From positions 936 to 64,935 of the forward strand of contig JBEGVV010000049.1 of assembly GCA_041178225.1 (NCBI GenBank): a DNA stretch of 64,000 bases. Direction: 5' to 3'. Of this stretch, positions 30,742-40,581 are shown piece by piece (position 1 is the stretch's first letter; every line of letters begins with the position of its first letter). The position numbers and the translations under genes are program-made. Source of the DNA: Pseudomonadota bacterium (GTDB lineage Bacteria; Pseudomonadota; Alphaproteobacteria; CACIAM-22H2). Under the pieces are notes generated by a model. That model searched no databases. It worked only from the letters and a program-made list of their open reading frames with translations, and was not told the DNA's origin.

Positions 30742-32124
30742 ATGCGCGAGATCGACCTGCTGGTGGAGGCCGAGTTCCTCTACCCGGTGAGCGAGGGCAA
30801 CCCGATCATCCATGGCGGCGAGGTCGCGATATCCGGCGACCGGATCGTCCATGCCGGGCCGGCGATGCCGCCTGGCACGTGGAAGCCCGCGCGCAGGCTC
30901 GGCGGCCGCGGCAAGGCGGTGCTGCCCGGCTTCGTCAACTGCCACAGCCACGCCGCGTCGATCGTCTTCCGCAGCCAGACCGACGACCGCGCCGCGCGCT
31001 CGGCGCTCTTCGACGTCGCCTTCCGCATGGAGAAGGACATCGGCGACGAGGAATGGGCGATGCTCGCGGAGGTCGGCTGCGCCGACATGCTGCGCGCCGG
31101 CATCACCACCATCAACGACATCTGGTACGCGCCGTGGCACCTCGCCGCCACCGTCGAGCGCTGCGGCCTGCGCGCGCAGGTCGCGCACAAGGTCTTCGAC
31201 GTCCACCTGGAGGAACTCCACCGGGGCGACTGGACGCACCACGCGGCGCGCGGCGAGGCGCGGCTGCGCGACGGCGTCGACTTCGTCGCGCGCTGGCACG
31301 GCGCCGCGGGCGGGCGGATCGGCGGCCGCATCGGCACGCACGCGACAGATACCTGCGCGCCCGGGCTGCTGCGCGAGGCGCGCGCCGAGGCGACGCGGCT
31401 GGGCGTCGGCATGCACATCCACGCGGCGCAGAGCGCGGGCGAGGTCGAGCGCATCCTCGCCGCCCATGGCTGCGGCCCGCTCGAGCACCTGCGCGACACC
31501 GGCATGCTCGCGCCCGACGTGGTGGTCGCGCACCTGACCCTGGCGACCGACGCCGACCTCGACGCCATGCGCGAGACGGGCGCGCGCCATGCCCATTGCC
31601 CGACCATCTACCCGCGGCGCGGCCGCTACCCGCGGCTCGACGCGATCCTCGCCCGCGGCATCCCGACCGGCTTCGGCACGGACTGGATGCAGAACGATCC
31701 GTTCGAGGGAATGCGCAACGCCATGAACGCCATGCGCCTGCTCCACGGCGATCCCGAGGCGCTGGGATGCGCCGATGCGATCTGGCTGCACACGATGGGC
31801 GCCGCGCGCGCCATGGGCCTCGACCACGAGATCGGCTCGCTCGAGCCCGGCAAGAAGGCCGACCTCGTCGTCGTCGACATCGACCGCCCGCACCTCCAGC
31901 CCTATTACGGCGCCCACGCGGCGCTGGCCTTCTACGCGCGCGCGAGCGACGTCGAGGCAAGCGTCGTCGATGGCCGCGTCGTGCTCGAGGATGGGCGCCC
32001 CGTCCTGCTCGACGAGCAGCGCGCCCTCGCGGCGCTCGCCCCGCGCGTCCCCGCGTGGCGCGGCCAGCTCTCCGCGCTGGGCAGCCGCGCCGTCTTCGGG
32101 CCGGGATGCGCCTGCTGCGGGTGA
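30742..32124 (+). CDS. Amidohydrolase family protein (deaminase/chlorohydrolase-like)
   Basis: Shine-Dalgarno GGAGG. The ATG at 30742 gives [12 protein letters not shown]... . The metal-binding NCHSH motif is present, and GTDW lies near the C-terminus. Confidence 0.8.
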   Translation: MREIDLLVEAEFLYPVSEGNPIIHGGEVAISGDRIVHAGPAMPPGTWKPARRLGGRGKAVLPGFVNCHSHAASIVFRSQTDDRAARSALFDVAFRMEKDIGDEEWAMLAEVGCADMLRAGITTINDIWYAPWHLAATVERCGLRAQVAHKVFDVHLEELHRGDWTHHAARGEARLRDGVDFVARWHGAAGGRIGGRIGTHATDTCAPGLLREARAEATRLGVGMHIHAAQSAGEVERILAAHGCGPLEHLRDTGMLAPDVVVAHLTLATDADLDAMRETGARHAHCPTIYPRRGRYPRLDAILARGIPTGFGTDWMQNDPFEGMRNAMNAMRLLHGDPEALGCADAIWLHTMGAARAMGLDHEIGSLEPGKKADLVVVDIDRPHLQPYYGAHAALAFYARASDVEASVVDGRVVLEDGRPVLLDEQRALAALAPRVPAWRGQLSALGSRAVFGPGCACCG

Positions 32125-32151
32125 CGGCGCTGATGCGCTAGCCTCCCGCGC

Positions 32152-33216
32152 ATGGGACGCAAGCCACTCACGGGCCCCGATGCCTGGCACGGGCGCGACA
32201 TCGCCGCGTCGCGGCGCTGGATCCGCGACATCGACGCGGCGATGGCCGCGCGCCTCGCGGCCGCCGTCGCCGCGCTGCGCGGCAAGCCCTGGCAGGAGGT
32301 CGCGCGCGGGGACATCGACGTCCCCGGGCTCGATGCGCTGCTGCAGGACATCGCGGCGGAACTCGAGCAGGGCTGCGGCATCGTCAAGCTGCGCGGGCTG
32401 CCGGTCGATCGCCTCGGCGAGGACGACCTGCGGCGCCTGCTCTTCGGCATCGGCGCGCGGCTTGGCATGCCACGCTTCCAGAACCGCAGCGGCGAGCTGA
32501 TGCGCGCGATCCGCGACGAGGGCGCCCATGTCGGCCGCACCTACGGCCAGATAGAGGGCGCCGGCGCGGGCAAGCCCTTCCTGTCCTCCTACGCGCGCAC
32601 GCTGACCAATGGCGCGCTGCGCTTCCATACCGACCGGACCGACGTGGTCGGGCTCCTCTGCGTGCGCCAGGCCCGCGCGGGCGGCACCAGCCGCCTCGTC
32701 TCCACGCCCGCGCTCCACAACGCGATGCTGGAGCGCCGTCCCGACCTGCTCGAGGAGCTCTTCGGCGACTACTGGCGCAGCCGCTTCGGCGAGGAGGGCG
32801 AGACGCGCGACAGCGTCTACCGCCTGCCGGTCTTCGGCCTGCGCGATGGCCACTTCACCTCGCATTTCTCGCTGACCTTCATCGAGGCCGCGCAGCTGGT
32901 CGATGGCGTCCCGCGGCTGACGCCGCGACAGCAGGAGGCGATCGACATGCTGCTCGCGCTCGCCGACGAGTTCTGCTTCGAGATGGTGCTGGAGCCGGGC
33001 GACCTGCAGCTCATCAACAGCCACGTCACCTACCACGGCCGCACGCCCTTCGAGGACGACGCCGCGAGCGGGCGCGACCGGCTGCTGCTGCGGATCTGGC
33101 TGTCGATGCCAGGCAACCGCCCGCTCCCCGAGGGCCACGAGGTCCTCTGGGGCGAGGTCGAGGCCGGCAGGCCGCGCGGCGGCATCCGCCAGTCGGTGGC
33201 GGCCGCCAGCGCCTGA
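32152..33216 (+). CDS. TauD/TfdA-family Fe(II)/2-oxoglutarate dioxygenase
   Basis: HTDRTD (HxD facial triad), and INSHVTYHGR supplying the distal His and Arg. Confidence 0.8.
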   Translation: MGRKPLTGPDAWHGRDIAASRRWIRDIDAAMAARLAAAVAALRGKPWQEVARGDIDVPGLDALLQDIAAELEQGCGIVKLRGLPVDRLGEDDLRRLLFGIGARLGMPRFQNRSGELMRAIRDEGAHVGRTYGQIEGAGAGKPFLSSYARTLTNGALRFHTDRTDVVGLLCVRQARAGGTSRLVSTPALHNAMLERRPDLLEELFGDYWRSRFGEEGETRDSVYRLPVFGLRDGHFTSHFSLTFIEAAQLVDGVPRLTPRQQEAIDMLLALADEFCFEMVLEPGDLQLINSHVTYHGRTPFEDDAASGRDRLLLRIWLSMPGNRPLPEGHEVLWGEVEAGRPRGGIRQSVAAASA

Positions 33217-33426
33217 CGAGGCGCGGCGCCCGCCGCGCGCGCCAGCGACGACCGCCGCATTCCGGGGCGATCGAGGGCGCGCCACGAACCGTATCGGAAC
33301 ATTCTGCGCGACCGCGCGTTTGGCGAGGCTGCCCGCGCGGGACGATAGTCCCCACGAGGGAAATGGACTTGCGCGCATGCCGCCACGTCCATCTCCACCG
33401 ACGCTCCGGCACCTTCCCGTGCCGCG

Positions 33427-33843
33427 ATGCCGCAGCAGCCTGGGGGGATCGATCCGATGGACGAGCGGAATGGGGCGCGGCTGCCCTATCGACGGATGCT
33501 TGCGCTCATGCGCTACCGCGGCCTCGTCGGCGGCGAAGCAGCCGATGCCATGGCCGAGCAGCAGAGGCAGTTCGAGGACGTCGTCGGGAAGATGCTCGAG
33601 GACCATGCCCGCGCCGTCGAGCGCCTGACGGCGCAGGCCGTGTCCCAGATACCCAACCAGGCGGCGCGGGACCTCGTGTCCGGCACGATCGGCGCCCAGT
33701 TCGAGATGCAGCGCCAGGCCATGGAGATCGCGCTCCGCCAGGCCGAGGACATGGCCTCGCACGCATGGCGAGCCCATGGCGAGTTCGCTGCCCTGCTGGG
33801 ACGTCCAGGCCTCGCGGCGGCCTCGCGCGAGCCGCGGAAGTGA
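33427..33843 (+). CDS. Hypothetical all-helical protein (possibly phasin-like), coupled to the patatin gene
   Basis: GC3 is high. The alternative ATG at 33457 has a better Shine-Dalgarno (GGGGGGA). The sequence is Gln/Ala/Glu-rich and helical. The stop overlaps the GTG start of the next gene (GTGA at 33840-33843). The functional call is weak. Confidence 0.45.
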   Translation: MPQQPGGIDPMDERNGARLPYRRMLALMRYRGLVGGEAADAMAEQQRQFEDVVGKMLEDHARAVERLTAQAVSQIPNQAARDLVSGTIGAQFEMQRQAMEIALRQAEDMASHAWRAHGEFAALLGRPGLAAASREPRK

Positions 33844-34880
33844 GCGCGTCCCCCAAGCCCTCCAGCACCACCAGGAAGCGCCTCAACATCGCCCTCCAGG
33901 GCGGTGGCGCGCATGGCGCCTATGCATGGGGCGTCCTCGACCGGCTCCTCGAGGAGGAAAGCATCGAGATCACGGGCCTGTGCGGCACGTCGGCGGGCGC
34001 CATGAACGCGGCCGTCGTGGCGTACGGCCTGGCGAAGGGCGGCAACGCGGGCGCGCGCGAGGCCCTGGCGACCTTCTGGACGCGCATCTCGGAGGCCGCG
34101 AAGCAAGGCCCGCTGCAGCCATCCTTCATGGACAGGATGATCGGGACGGGCAACCTGGACTTCTCGCCCGGCTGGATGTTCCTCGACTTCATCGGGCGGC
34201 TGTTCTCGCCGTACCAGCTCAACCCCGGGAACATCAATCCGCTGCGCGACGTGCTGCAGGGCTGCGTCGACTTCGAGTTCCTCAGGCGCAACGCGGTCGC
34301 GAAGCTCTTCGTCTGCGCGTCGAACGTCACGACGGGCCGGCACCGCGTGTTCCAGGACGAGGAGGTCGGGGTCGACGCGGTCCTGGCCTCCGCGTGCCTG
34401 CCCTTCCTGTTCCAGGCCGTCGAGATCGACGGGCAGCACTACTGGGACGGCGGCTACATGGGCAACCCGCCGCTGTATCCGCTCTTCTACAACACGGACA
34501 CGCCCGACGTGCTGATCGTCCAGATCAACCCGGTGTCGATCCCCGAGGTGCCGCGCACCGCGCAGGCGATCCTCGACCGGATCAACACGCTCAGCTTCAA
34601 CTCGAGCCTGATGCGCGAGCTCCGCGCGATCCACTTCGTCACGAAGCTGATCGACAAGGGGTTCACGGACGGCGGGCGCCTCCGGCGCATCTACATCCAC
34701 ACGGTCGACGCCGAGGAGCATCTCTCGCGCCTTGGCGTCTCCTCCAAGCTCAACGCCGACATCGCGTTCCTGCGCAGCCTCCACGAGGTTGGCCGCGCGA
34801 AGGCGGACGCGTTCCTGCGCGACCACGCCGACAAGATCGGCGTCATGTCCTCGACCGACATCGAGGCGAAATTCCTCTAG
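33840..34880 (+). CDS. Patatin-like phospholipase/esterase
   Basis: GTG start at 33840. Oxyanion motif GGGAHG, nucleophile motif GTSAG and DGG near the C-terminus form the patatin catalytic dyad. Confidence 0.85.
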   Translation: MSASPKPSSTTRKRLNIALQGGGAHGAYAWGVLDRLLEEESIEITGLCGTSAGAMNAAVVAYGLAKGGNAGAREALATFWTRISEAAKQGPLQPSFMDRMIGTGNLDFSPGWMFLDFIGRLFSPYQLNPGNINPLRDVLQGCVDFEFLRRNAVAKLFVCASNVTTGRHRVFQDEEVGVDAVLASACLPFLFQAVEIDGQHYWDGGYMGNPPLYPLFYNTDTPDVLIVQINPVSIPEVPRTAQAILDRINTLSFNSSLMRELRAIHFVTKLIDKGFTDGGRLRRIYIHTVDAEEHLSRLGVSSKLNADIAFLRSLHEVGRAKADAFLRDHADKIGVMSSTDIEAKFL

Positions 34881-34892
34881 GAGGCCCACGAC

Positions 34893-35636
34893 ATGAACAA
34901 GGAAGAGGTCCTGCGCCTCCCCTCGATGCCCGCCGCCAGCCCGAGCTATCCGTTCGGGCCCTATCGGTTCGTGAACCGCGAGTACTTCATCGTCGTCTAC
35001 GAGTCCGATCCGCGGGCGGTGCGCGCGGCCGTGCCCGAGCCGCTCCAGCCCGTCCCGGAAGGGCTCGTCTTCTACGAGTGGATCCGCATGCCCGACAGCT
35101 CGGGCTTCGGCGACTACACGGAATCGGGCGTCGTCATCCCGTGCACCTACAAGGGGCAGCCCTGCAACTTCGTCTCGCAGATGTACCTCGACTGCGAGCC
35201 GCCGATCGCCGCGGGCCGCGAGATCTGGGGCTTCCCCAAGAAATACGGAAACCCGAGGCTGGAGATCACGTCCGACACGCTCACCGGGACGCTGTCCTAC
35301 GCAGGCCAGACCGTCGCCATGGGCACCATGGCGTACAAGCACGAGAGCCTGTCGCGCGAGCCGGCCAAGACGATCTCCTCGCTCACCAAGACGCAGGTCA
35401 ACCTGAAGCTCATCCCGGACGTCGACGGGAAGCCGAAGATCGCGCAACTCGTCCGCTACGCGCTGGCCGACATCACGGTCAAGGGGTCGTGGACCGGTCC
35501 CGCGCGGCTCAGCCTCGTCCCGCACGTGAACGCGCCCGTCGCCGACCTGCCGGTCCGCAGCGTGCTCGGCGGCCGCCACTTCGTCGCCGACCTCACGCTG
35601 CCCTACGGCAGCGTGCTGCACGACTACCTGGCGTGA
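34893..35636 (+). CDS. adc: Acetoacetate decarboxylase family protein
   Basis: 247 aa. SMPAASPSYPFGPYRFVNREYFIVVYESD and EIWGFPKK are typical of the ADC family. Confidence 0.85.
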   Translation: MNKEEVLRLPSMPAASPSYPFGPYRFVNREYFIVVYESDPRAVRAAVPEPLQPVPEGLVFYEWIRMPDSSGFGDYTESGVVIPCTYKGQPCNFVSQMYLDCEPPIAAGREIWGFPKKYGNPRLEITSDTLTGTLSYAGQTVAMGTMAYKHESLSREPAKTISSLTKTQVNLKLIPDVDGKPKIAQLVRYALADITVKGSWTGPARLSLVPHVNAPVADLPVRSVLGGRHFVADLTLPYGSVLHDYLA

Positions 35637-35649
35637 CGCGGCGGCCGCG

Positions 35650-35808
35650 ATGACTGGCGACGACCGCAAGCTCCCGCCGCGGCGCGAGCCGATCCCGGCG
35701 GAGTGGGAGAAGCTCGCCGAGCCGCTGCGCAAGCTGGCGCGGGAGAACCCGGATGCGTTCGCCGAGGCCCTGCGCGGCCTCATCGCCGCAAGGCCCGGAA
35801 GGCAATAG
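35650..35808 (+). CDS. Candidate small protein (52 aa), not in the ORF track
   Basis: ATG at 35650 to TAG at 35806-35808, translating to MTGDDRKLPPRREPIPAEWEKLAEPLRKLARENPDAFAEALRGLIAARPGRQ. Nearly every codon ends in G/C, matching genuine genes here. It fills most of the 215-nt adc-bdhA gap. No clear Shine-Dalgarno. Confidence 0.35.
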   Translation: MTGDDRKLPPRREPIPAEWEKLAEPLRKLARENPDAFAEALRGLIAARPGRQ

Positions 35809-35851
35809 CCGTCCCCGGCGGGGGATGAACCAAGTCAACAGGAGGACAGCA

Positions 35852-36634
35852 ATGCTAGACGGCAAGGTCGCCATCGTCACCGGTTCAACCAGCGGCATCG
35901 GGCTCGGGATCGCCGAGGCCTTCGCCGGCGCCGGCGCGGGCGTCGTCCTGAACGGGTTCGGCGACGCCGCCGCGATCGAGGCGACGCGCTCGGGCGTCGC
36001 CTCGCGCCACGGCGTGAAGGTGACCTATTCCGGGGCGGACATGTCGAAGCCAGCGGCCATCGCGGGCATGGTGGCGGACGCGATCCGCGACCACGGGAAG
36101 GTCGACATCCTCGTCAACAACGCGGGCATCCAGTTCGTGGCGCCGATCGACGAGTTCCCCGAGGCGAAGTGGGATGCGATCCTCGCGATCAACCTGTCCT
36201 CGGCCTTCCACGCGACCAAGGCGGTGCTGCCCGGCATGAAGCAGCGCAAGTGGGGGCGGATCATCAACGTCGCCTCCGCCCACGGCCTCGTGGCGTCGGC
36301 GTTCAAGTCGGCCTATGTCGCCGCCAAGCACGGCGTCGTCGGACTGACGAAGGTGACCGCGATGGAGACCGCCGAGGACGGCATCACCTGCAACGCGATC
36401 TGCCCGGGCTATGTCTGGACGCCGCTCGTGCAGAAGCAGATCCCCGAGCAGGCGAAGGCGCATGGCATGTCCGAGGAGGAGGTCGTGCGCAAGGTCCTGC
36501 TCGCGAACCAGCCGAACAAGCGCTTCGCGACGGTCGAGGAGATGGGCGCGCTGGCCGTGTTCCTCTGCTCCCAGGGCGCGGCGTCGATGACCGGGGCCGC
36601 CCTGCCCGTCGACGGCGGCTGGACGGCGCACTGA
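35852..36634 (+). CDS. bdhA: 3-hydroxybutyrate dehydrogenase (SDR)
   Basis: Shine-Dalgarno GGAGGA. The ATG at 35852 gives MLDGKVAIVTGSTSGIGLGIA. The NNAG and YVAAKHG (YxxxK) motifs are present. Genomic context with adc supports the call. Confidence 0.85.
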   Translation: MLDGKVAIVTGSTSGIGLGIAEAFAGAGAGVVLNGFGDAAAIEATRSGVASRHGVKVTYSGADMSKPAAIAGMVADAIRDHGKVDILVNNAGIQFVAPIDEFPEAKWDAILAINLSSAFHATKAVLPGMKQRKWGRIINVASAHGLVASAFKSAYVAAKHGVVGLTKVTAMETAEDGITCNAICPGYVWTPLVQKQIPEQAKAHGMSEEEVVRKVLLANQPNKRFATVEEMGALAVFLCSQGAASMTGAALPVDGGWTAH

Positions 36635-36646
36635 CGCGAGGCGCGC

Positions 36647-36664
36647 GCGCCGCAAGCGCGGCGC
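36647..36664. terminator. Short GC hairpin between convergent bdhA and the ABC-F gene
   Basis: 7-bp stem GCGCCGC/GCGGCGC with loop AAGC. No U-tract. Confidence 0.3.
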
Positions 36665-36672
36665 CGCGCCCC

Positions 36673-38301
36673 TCAACCGCCCGCGTGCAGGCCGGGGGCT
36701 TCCTGGCCGGTGCTCGCGACGTACTCGGTGTACCCGCCGCCATATTCGCGCGCGCCGTCGGCGACGAGCTCGAGCACGCGGTTCGAGAGCGCCGCGAGGA
36801 AGCGGCGGTCATGCGAGACGAAGAGCATCGCGCCCTCGTAGGAAGCGAGCGCGGCGACCAGCATCTCCTTGGTCGCCATGTCGAGGTGGTTGGTCGGCTC
36901 GTCGAGGACGAGGAAGTTCGGCGGGTCGTAGAGCATGCGCGCCATGACGAGGCGGGCCTTCTCGCCGCCCGAGAGCACGCGGCACTTCTTCTCGACCTCG
37001 TCGCCGGAGAAGCCGAAGCAGCCCGCGAGCGTGCGCAGCGAGCCCTGGTTGGCGCGCGGGAAGGCGTCCTCGAGGGATTCGAGCACGGTGCGGTCGCCCG
37101 CCAGCAGCTCCATCGCGTGCTGCGCGAAGTAGCCCATCCTGACGCTGCCCCCGACGGTGACGCTGCCCGCGTCGGGCTGCGCCGTGCCCGCGACCAGCTT
37201 GAGCAGCGTCGACTTGCCGGCGCCGTTGACGCCCAGCACGCACCAGCGCTCGCGACGCCGGATGCGGAAGTCCAGGCCTTCGTAGATGGCGCGGCTGCCG
37301 TAGCGCTTGGCCACGCCGCGCAGGATCGCGACGTCGTCGCCCGAGCGCGGCGCGGCAGGGAACTCGAAGGAGACGGACTGGCGCCGCTTGGGCGGCTCGA
37401 CGCGCTCGATCTTCTCCAGCTTCTTCACGCGGCTCTGCACCTGCGCGGCGTGCGAGGCGCGCGCCTTGAACCTCTCGATGAAGGAGATCTCCTTGGCGAG
37501 CATCGCCTGCTGGCGCTCGAACTGCGCCTGGGCCTGGCGCTCGTCGATGGCGCGCTGGCGCTCGTAGAACTCGTAGTCGCCCGAATAGGACTTGAGCTCG
37601 CCGCCGTCGATCTCGATCACCTTGGAGACGACGCGGTTCATGAACTCGCGGTCGTGCGAGGTCATCAGCAGCGCGCCCTCGTGCGCGGCGAGGAAGCCCT
37701 CGAGCCAGATCAGGCTCTCGATGTCGAGGTGGTTGCTCGGCTCGTCGAGCAGCATGACGTCGGGGCGCATGAGCAGGATGCGCGCCAGCGCGACGCGCAT
37801 CTTCCAGCCGCCGGACAGCACGCCGACGTCGCCATCCATCATGCTGGCGGAGAAGCTCAGCCCCGCGAGGATCTCTCGCGCGCGCGCCTCGAGCGCGTAG
37901 CCACCGAGTTCCTCGAACCGGGCCTGCACCTCGCCATAGCGCTCGACCACCGCCTCGAGCTCGTCCGCGCGCGCCGGGTCCTCCATCGCGGCCTCCAGCG
38001 CGCGCAGCTCGGACGCCACCGCGCTGACCGCGCCGGCGCCCTCCATGACCTCCGCGACGGCGCTGCGCCCCGCCATCTCGCCGACGTCCTGCCCGAACAG
38101 GCCGACCGTCGTGCCTCGGTCCACGATCACCTGCCCCTCGTCGGGCTGCTCCTCGCCGGTGATCATCCGGAACAGCGTGGACTTGCCCGCGCCGTTGGGG
38201 CCGACCAGCCCGACCTTCTCGCCGCGCTGCAGCGCGGCCGACGCCTCGAGGAAGAGGATCTGGCGGCCATTGCGCTTGCTGATGCTGTCGAGGCGGATCA
38301 T
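36673..38301 (-). CDS. ABC-F family ATPase (translation-factor type, no TM domains)
   Basis: Two ABC cassettes with Walker A motifs GPNGAGKST and GVNGAGKST and signature motifs LSGGWKMR and LSGGEKAR, joined by a linker. No permease partner. Confidence 0.9.
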   Translation of the reverse strand: MIRLDSISKRNGRQILFLEASAALQRGEKVGLVGPNGAGKSTLFRMITGEEQPDEGQVIVDRGTTVGLFGQDVGEMAGRSAVAEVMEGAGAVSAVASELRALEAAMEDPARADELEAVVERYGEVQARFEELGGYALEARAREILAGLSFSASMMDGDVGVLSGGWKMRVALARILLMRPDVMLLDEPSNHLDIESLIWLEGFLAAHEGALLMTSHDREFMNRVVSKVIEIDGGELKSYSGDYEFYERQRAIDERQAQAQFERQQAMLAKEISFIERFKARASHAAQVQSRVKKLEKIERVEPPKRRQSVSFEFPAAPRSGDDVAILRGVAKRYGSRAIYEGLDFRIRRRERWCVLGVNGAGKSTLLKLVAGTAQPDAGSVTVGGSVRMGYFAQHAMELLAGDRTVLESLEDAFPRANQGSLRTLAGCFGFSGDEVEKKCRVLSGGEKARLVMARMLYDPPNFLVLDEPTNHLDMATKEMLVAALASYEGAMLFVSHDRRFLAALSNRVLELVADGAREYGGGYTEYVASTGQEAPGLHAGG

Positions 38302-38446
38302 GGGGACCTGGAGCGATGGGGCGGGAGGCCGGTCGCGGCCGCGCGGGGCTGCCGCTTAGCCCAAGTCGCGCCGCGGCGGAAGCGCCACCTTCCCACGGCG
38401 CGGCGGCGCGCTAGGATGCCACCCGGGGCCGGGGACGGAGGACGCG

Positions 38447-39451
38447 ATGCAGGGCAGCGGGACGACGACGCGCGACGCGCGGGGCGACTGGCGACCGGCC
38501 GAGCCGATCGCGCTGCCGCCGACCATCGCCTGGCCGCCGCGGCCACGCGCCATCGCGCGCTGGCTCCTCGGCTTCCCGGGCTATCTCTGGCCGATGAACG
38601 CGCTCTGGCTGGCCACGACGCTGGCCACCTGGGCCTGGCTGACGCCCGACCTCGCGACCATGCGCCAGTTCGAGGCGGGATGGATCGCGGCGATCCTGCT
38701 GCGCAACCTCGCGCTGGTCTCGCTGCTCTTCGGCGGGCTGCATCTCTACTTCAACGTCCTGCGCCTGCAGGGCGACGAGCGGCGCTTCTCGACGCAGCCG
38801 CTGGCCAGGGGCAGCGCGCGCTTCCTCTTCCGCGACCAGGTCCTGGACAACATGGCGCGCACCCTCGGCGTGGGCGTGCCGACGATCACGGCCTGGGAGG
38901 CGCTCACCTGGTGGCTCTTCGCCAATGGCCATGTCGGCGTGGTCGGGCCCGAGACAAGCCCTCTCGCCTTCTGGGCCTGGTTCGCCTTCCTGCTGCTGGC
39001 CGCGCCGGTGATCCACGCCGTGCATTTCTACTTCGTGCACCGCCTGCTGCACTGGAAGCCGCTCTACCGGCACGTCCACTCCGTCCACCACCTCAACGTC
39101 GAGGTCGGGCCGTGGTCGGGCCTCGCGATGCACCCGGTCGAGCAGGTGCTCTACTTCTCGACGGTGGTCGTGCAGTGGCTGCTGGCGCTGCACCCGCTGA
39201 ACGCGCTGTTCCAGATCCACGTCGCGGCGTTCAGCCCCGCGCTCGGGCATAGCGGCTTCGAGAAGCTGATGATCGGCCGCAGGCTCGGCGTCGACAGCGG
39301 AAACTACTTCCACTACCTCCACCACCGGTACTTCGAGTGCAACTACGGCGGCAGCCTGGCGCCGCTCGACAAGCTCTTCGGCACGTTCCACGACGGCTCG
39401 GCCGAGGCGCAGGCGCGGATGCGCGCGCGCATGCGCGCGCGGCACGGCTAG
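38447..39451 (+). CDS. Fatty acid hydroxylase/sterol desaturase family membrane protein
   Basis: Histidine boxes HRLLH, HSVHH and HYLHH, with multiple TM helices. Confidence 0.8.
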   Translation: MQGSGTTTRDARGDWRPAEPIALPPTIAWPPRPRAIARWLLGFPGYLWPMNALWLATTLATWAWLTPDLATMRQFEAGWIAAILLRNLALVSLLFGGLHLYFNVLRLQGDERRFSTQPLARGSARFLFRDQVLDNMARTLGVGVPTITAWEALTWWLFANGHVGVVGPETSPLAFWAWFAFLLLAAPVIHAVHFYFVHRLLHWKPLYRHVHSVHHLNVEVGPWSGLAMHPVEQVLYFSTVVVQWLLALHPLNALFQIHVAAFSPALGHSGFEKLMIGRRLGVDSGNYFHYLHHRYFECNYGGSLAPLDKLFGTFHDGSAEAQARMRARMRARHG

Positions 39452-40581
39452 CCGGGGCGGCGGCCGGCAGCCAGCGAGGCGAGCGCGGCGAGCAGGCCGG
39501 GGATCTCCACCGGCTTCTGGAGGATGCGCACCGGGACGCGCCGCTCGCCCCCTGCGGTCGTCGGCGAGAAGCCCGTCATCAGGACGACGGGCAGCCCGGG
39601 CCAGCGATCCTGGACGGCGTCGAGCAACTGGTAGCCCGACATTCCTGGCATCGAGATGTCCGACACGACCGCGTCCAACGGCTTCGCCGCGAGCAGGTCG
39701 AGCGCCGCGGCCCCAGAGGAACAGGCTTCGGCGTCGTGTCCACTGATCCCCAGGCCCTCGCACATCGCCTCGGCAAGGTCGATGTCGTCGTCGACCACGA
39801 GGATCCTCAATCGCGTGGCGGCCAACAGGGCCGGCACGGCTTCGTTCACGGCCTCCCGCACGGCCGGAGGCAGGCTGAATTCGAAGATGGTCTCGCCGCG
39901 CGAAGGCTCGACGAAGACATGGAGAGCGCCGCCGCCGGCCCGCGCATAGCCTGCCGCCGCAGCGAGCCTGGTCGGCCAGTCGCGGCCGGGATCGTCCCCG
40001 AGCGCGGCGGCGGCGACCTCGCCGGAGCCCTGGACGACAAGCCGCAGCGCGACCTTCGCCCCGGGCTGGCGCGCGCCGGGGCCGGCCGCGACGGCGCCAA
40101 CCTCGATGGCGATCGAGGGAGTGGTCGCCCGTGCCACGGCGCACAGCGCGGACGCGACGTCGAGCATCGCCGCGACGATTGCGTCGGCATCGACATGCGC
40201 CCGGAGGGAGGATCCATCCCGGGTCGCGGGGCGACCCGGGGCGAGGCCCGTCTCCTCGGCGATGCGTCGAGCGGCGACGTTCGCGATCGCGAGCAGGTCC
40301 CAATCGGCCGCCTCGACGCGCGGGGAGCGGCTCGCCGCGAGGAGCGAGGCGGTCAACTCGGCACCACGCCTCGCCTTCTCGGCTATCCTCAGGATGCGCG
40401 CACGCTGCGCATCGCCGAGCTCGCCGTCGAGCAGGATGCCGGCATCGAGCAGGATGACCGAAAGCAGGCTGTTGAACTCGTGCGCGAAGGTACCCGCGGC
40501 CACCTCAAGGCCCGGAAGCCGGTCCGCCAGGATCACCGCAGCTTCGCGGAACGAGGCGTCTTCGTCGTTACGTTGGTTCAC
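39448..40581 (-). CDS. Histidine-kinase-like protein (H-box, degenerate ATPase domain) fused to a receiver domain
   Basis: GTG start at 40581. H-box FAHEFNSLLSVI. The region where the CA domain should lie lacks N, G1 and G2 boxes. C-terminal REC domain (ILVVDDDI...VVSDISMPGMSG). No TM helix or recognisable sensor domain. Confidence 0.7.
   Translation of the reverse strand: MNQRNDEDASFREAAVILADRLPGLEVAAGTFAHEFNSLLSVILLDAGILLDGELGDAQRARILRIAEKARRGAELTASLLAASRSPRVEAADWDLLAIANVAARRIAEETGLAPGRPATRDGSSLRAHVDADAIVAAMLDVASALCAVARATTPSIAIEVGAVAAGPGARQPGAKVALRLVVQGSGEVAAAALGDDPGRDWPTRLAAAAGYARAGGGALHVFVEPSRGETIFEFSLPPAVREAVNEAVPALLAATRLRILVVDDDIDLAEAMCEGLGISGHDAEACSSGAAALDLLAAKPLDAVVSDISMPGMSGYQLLDAVQDRWPGLPVVLMTGFSPTTAGGERRVPVRILQKPVEIPGLLAALASLAAGRRPG

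Noticed and set aside
30316-33777. 1153-aa minus-strand ORF. Similar giants lie at 20057-23179(-), 36169-39252(+), 40691-43426(+), 55798-58764(+), 61428-63983(-), 11091-13580(-), 13816-16659(+), 33513-35783(-) and 23067-25418(-)
   Set aside because: All are opposite or out of frame to genes with strong family motifs and have Arg/Gly/Pro-dominated composition. Stop codons are rare in any frame of GC-rich DNA.
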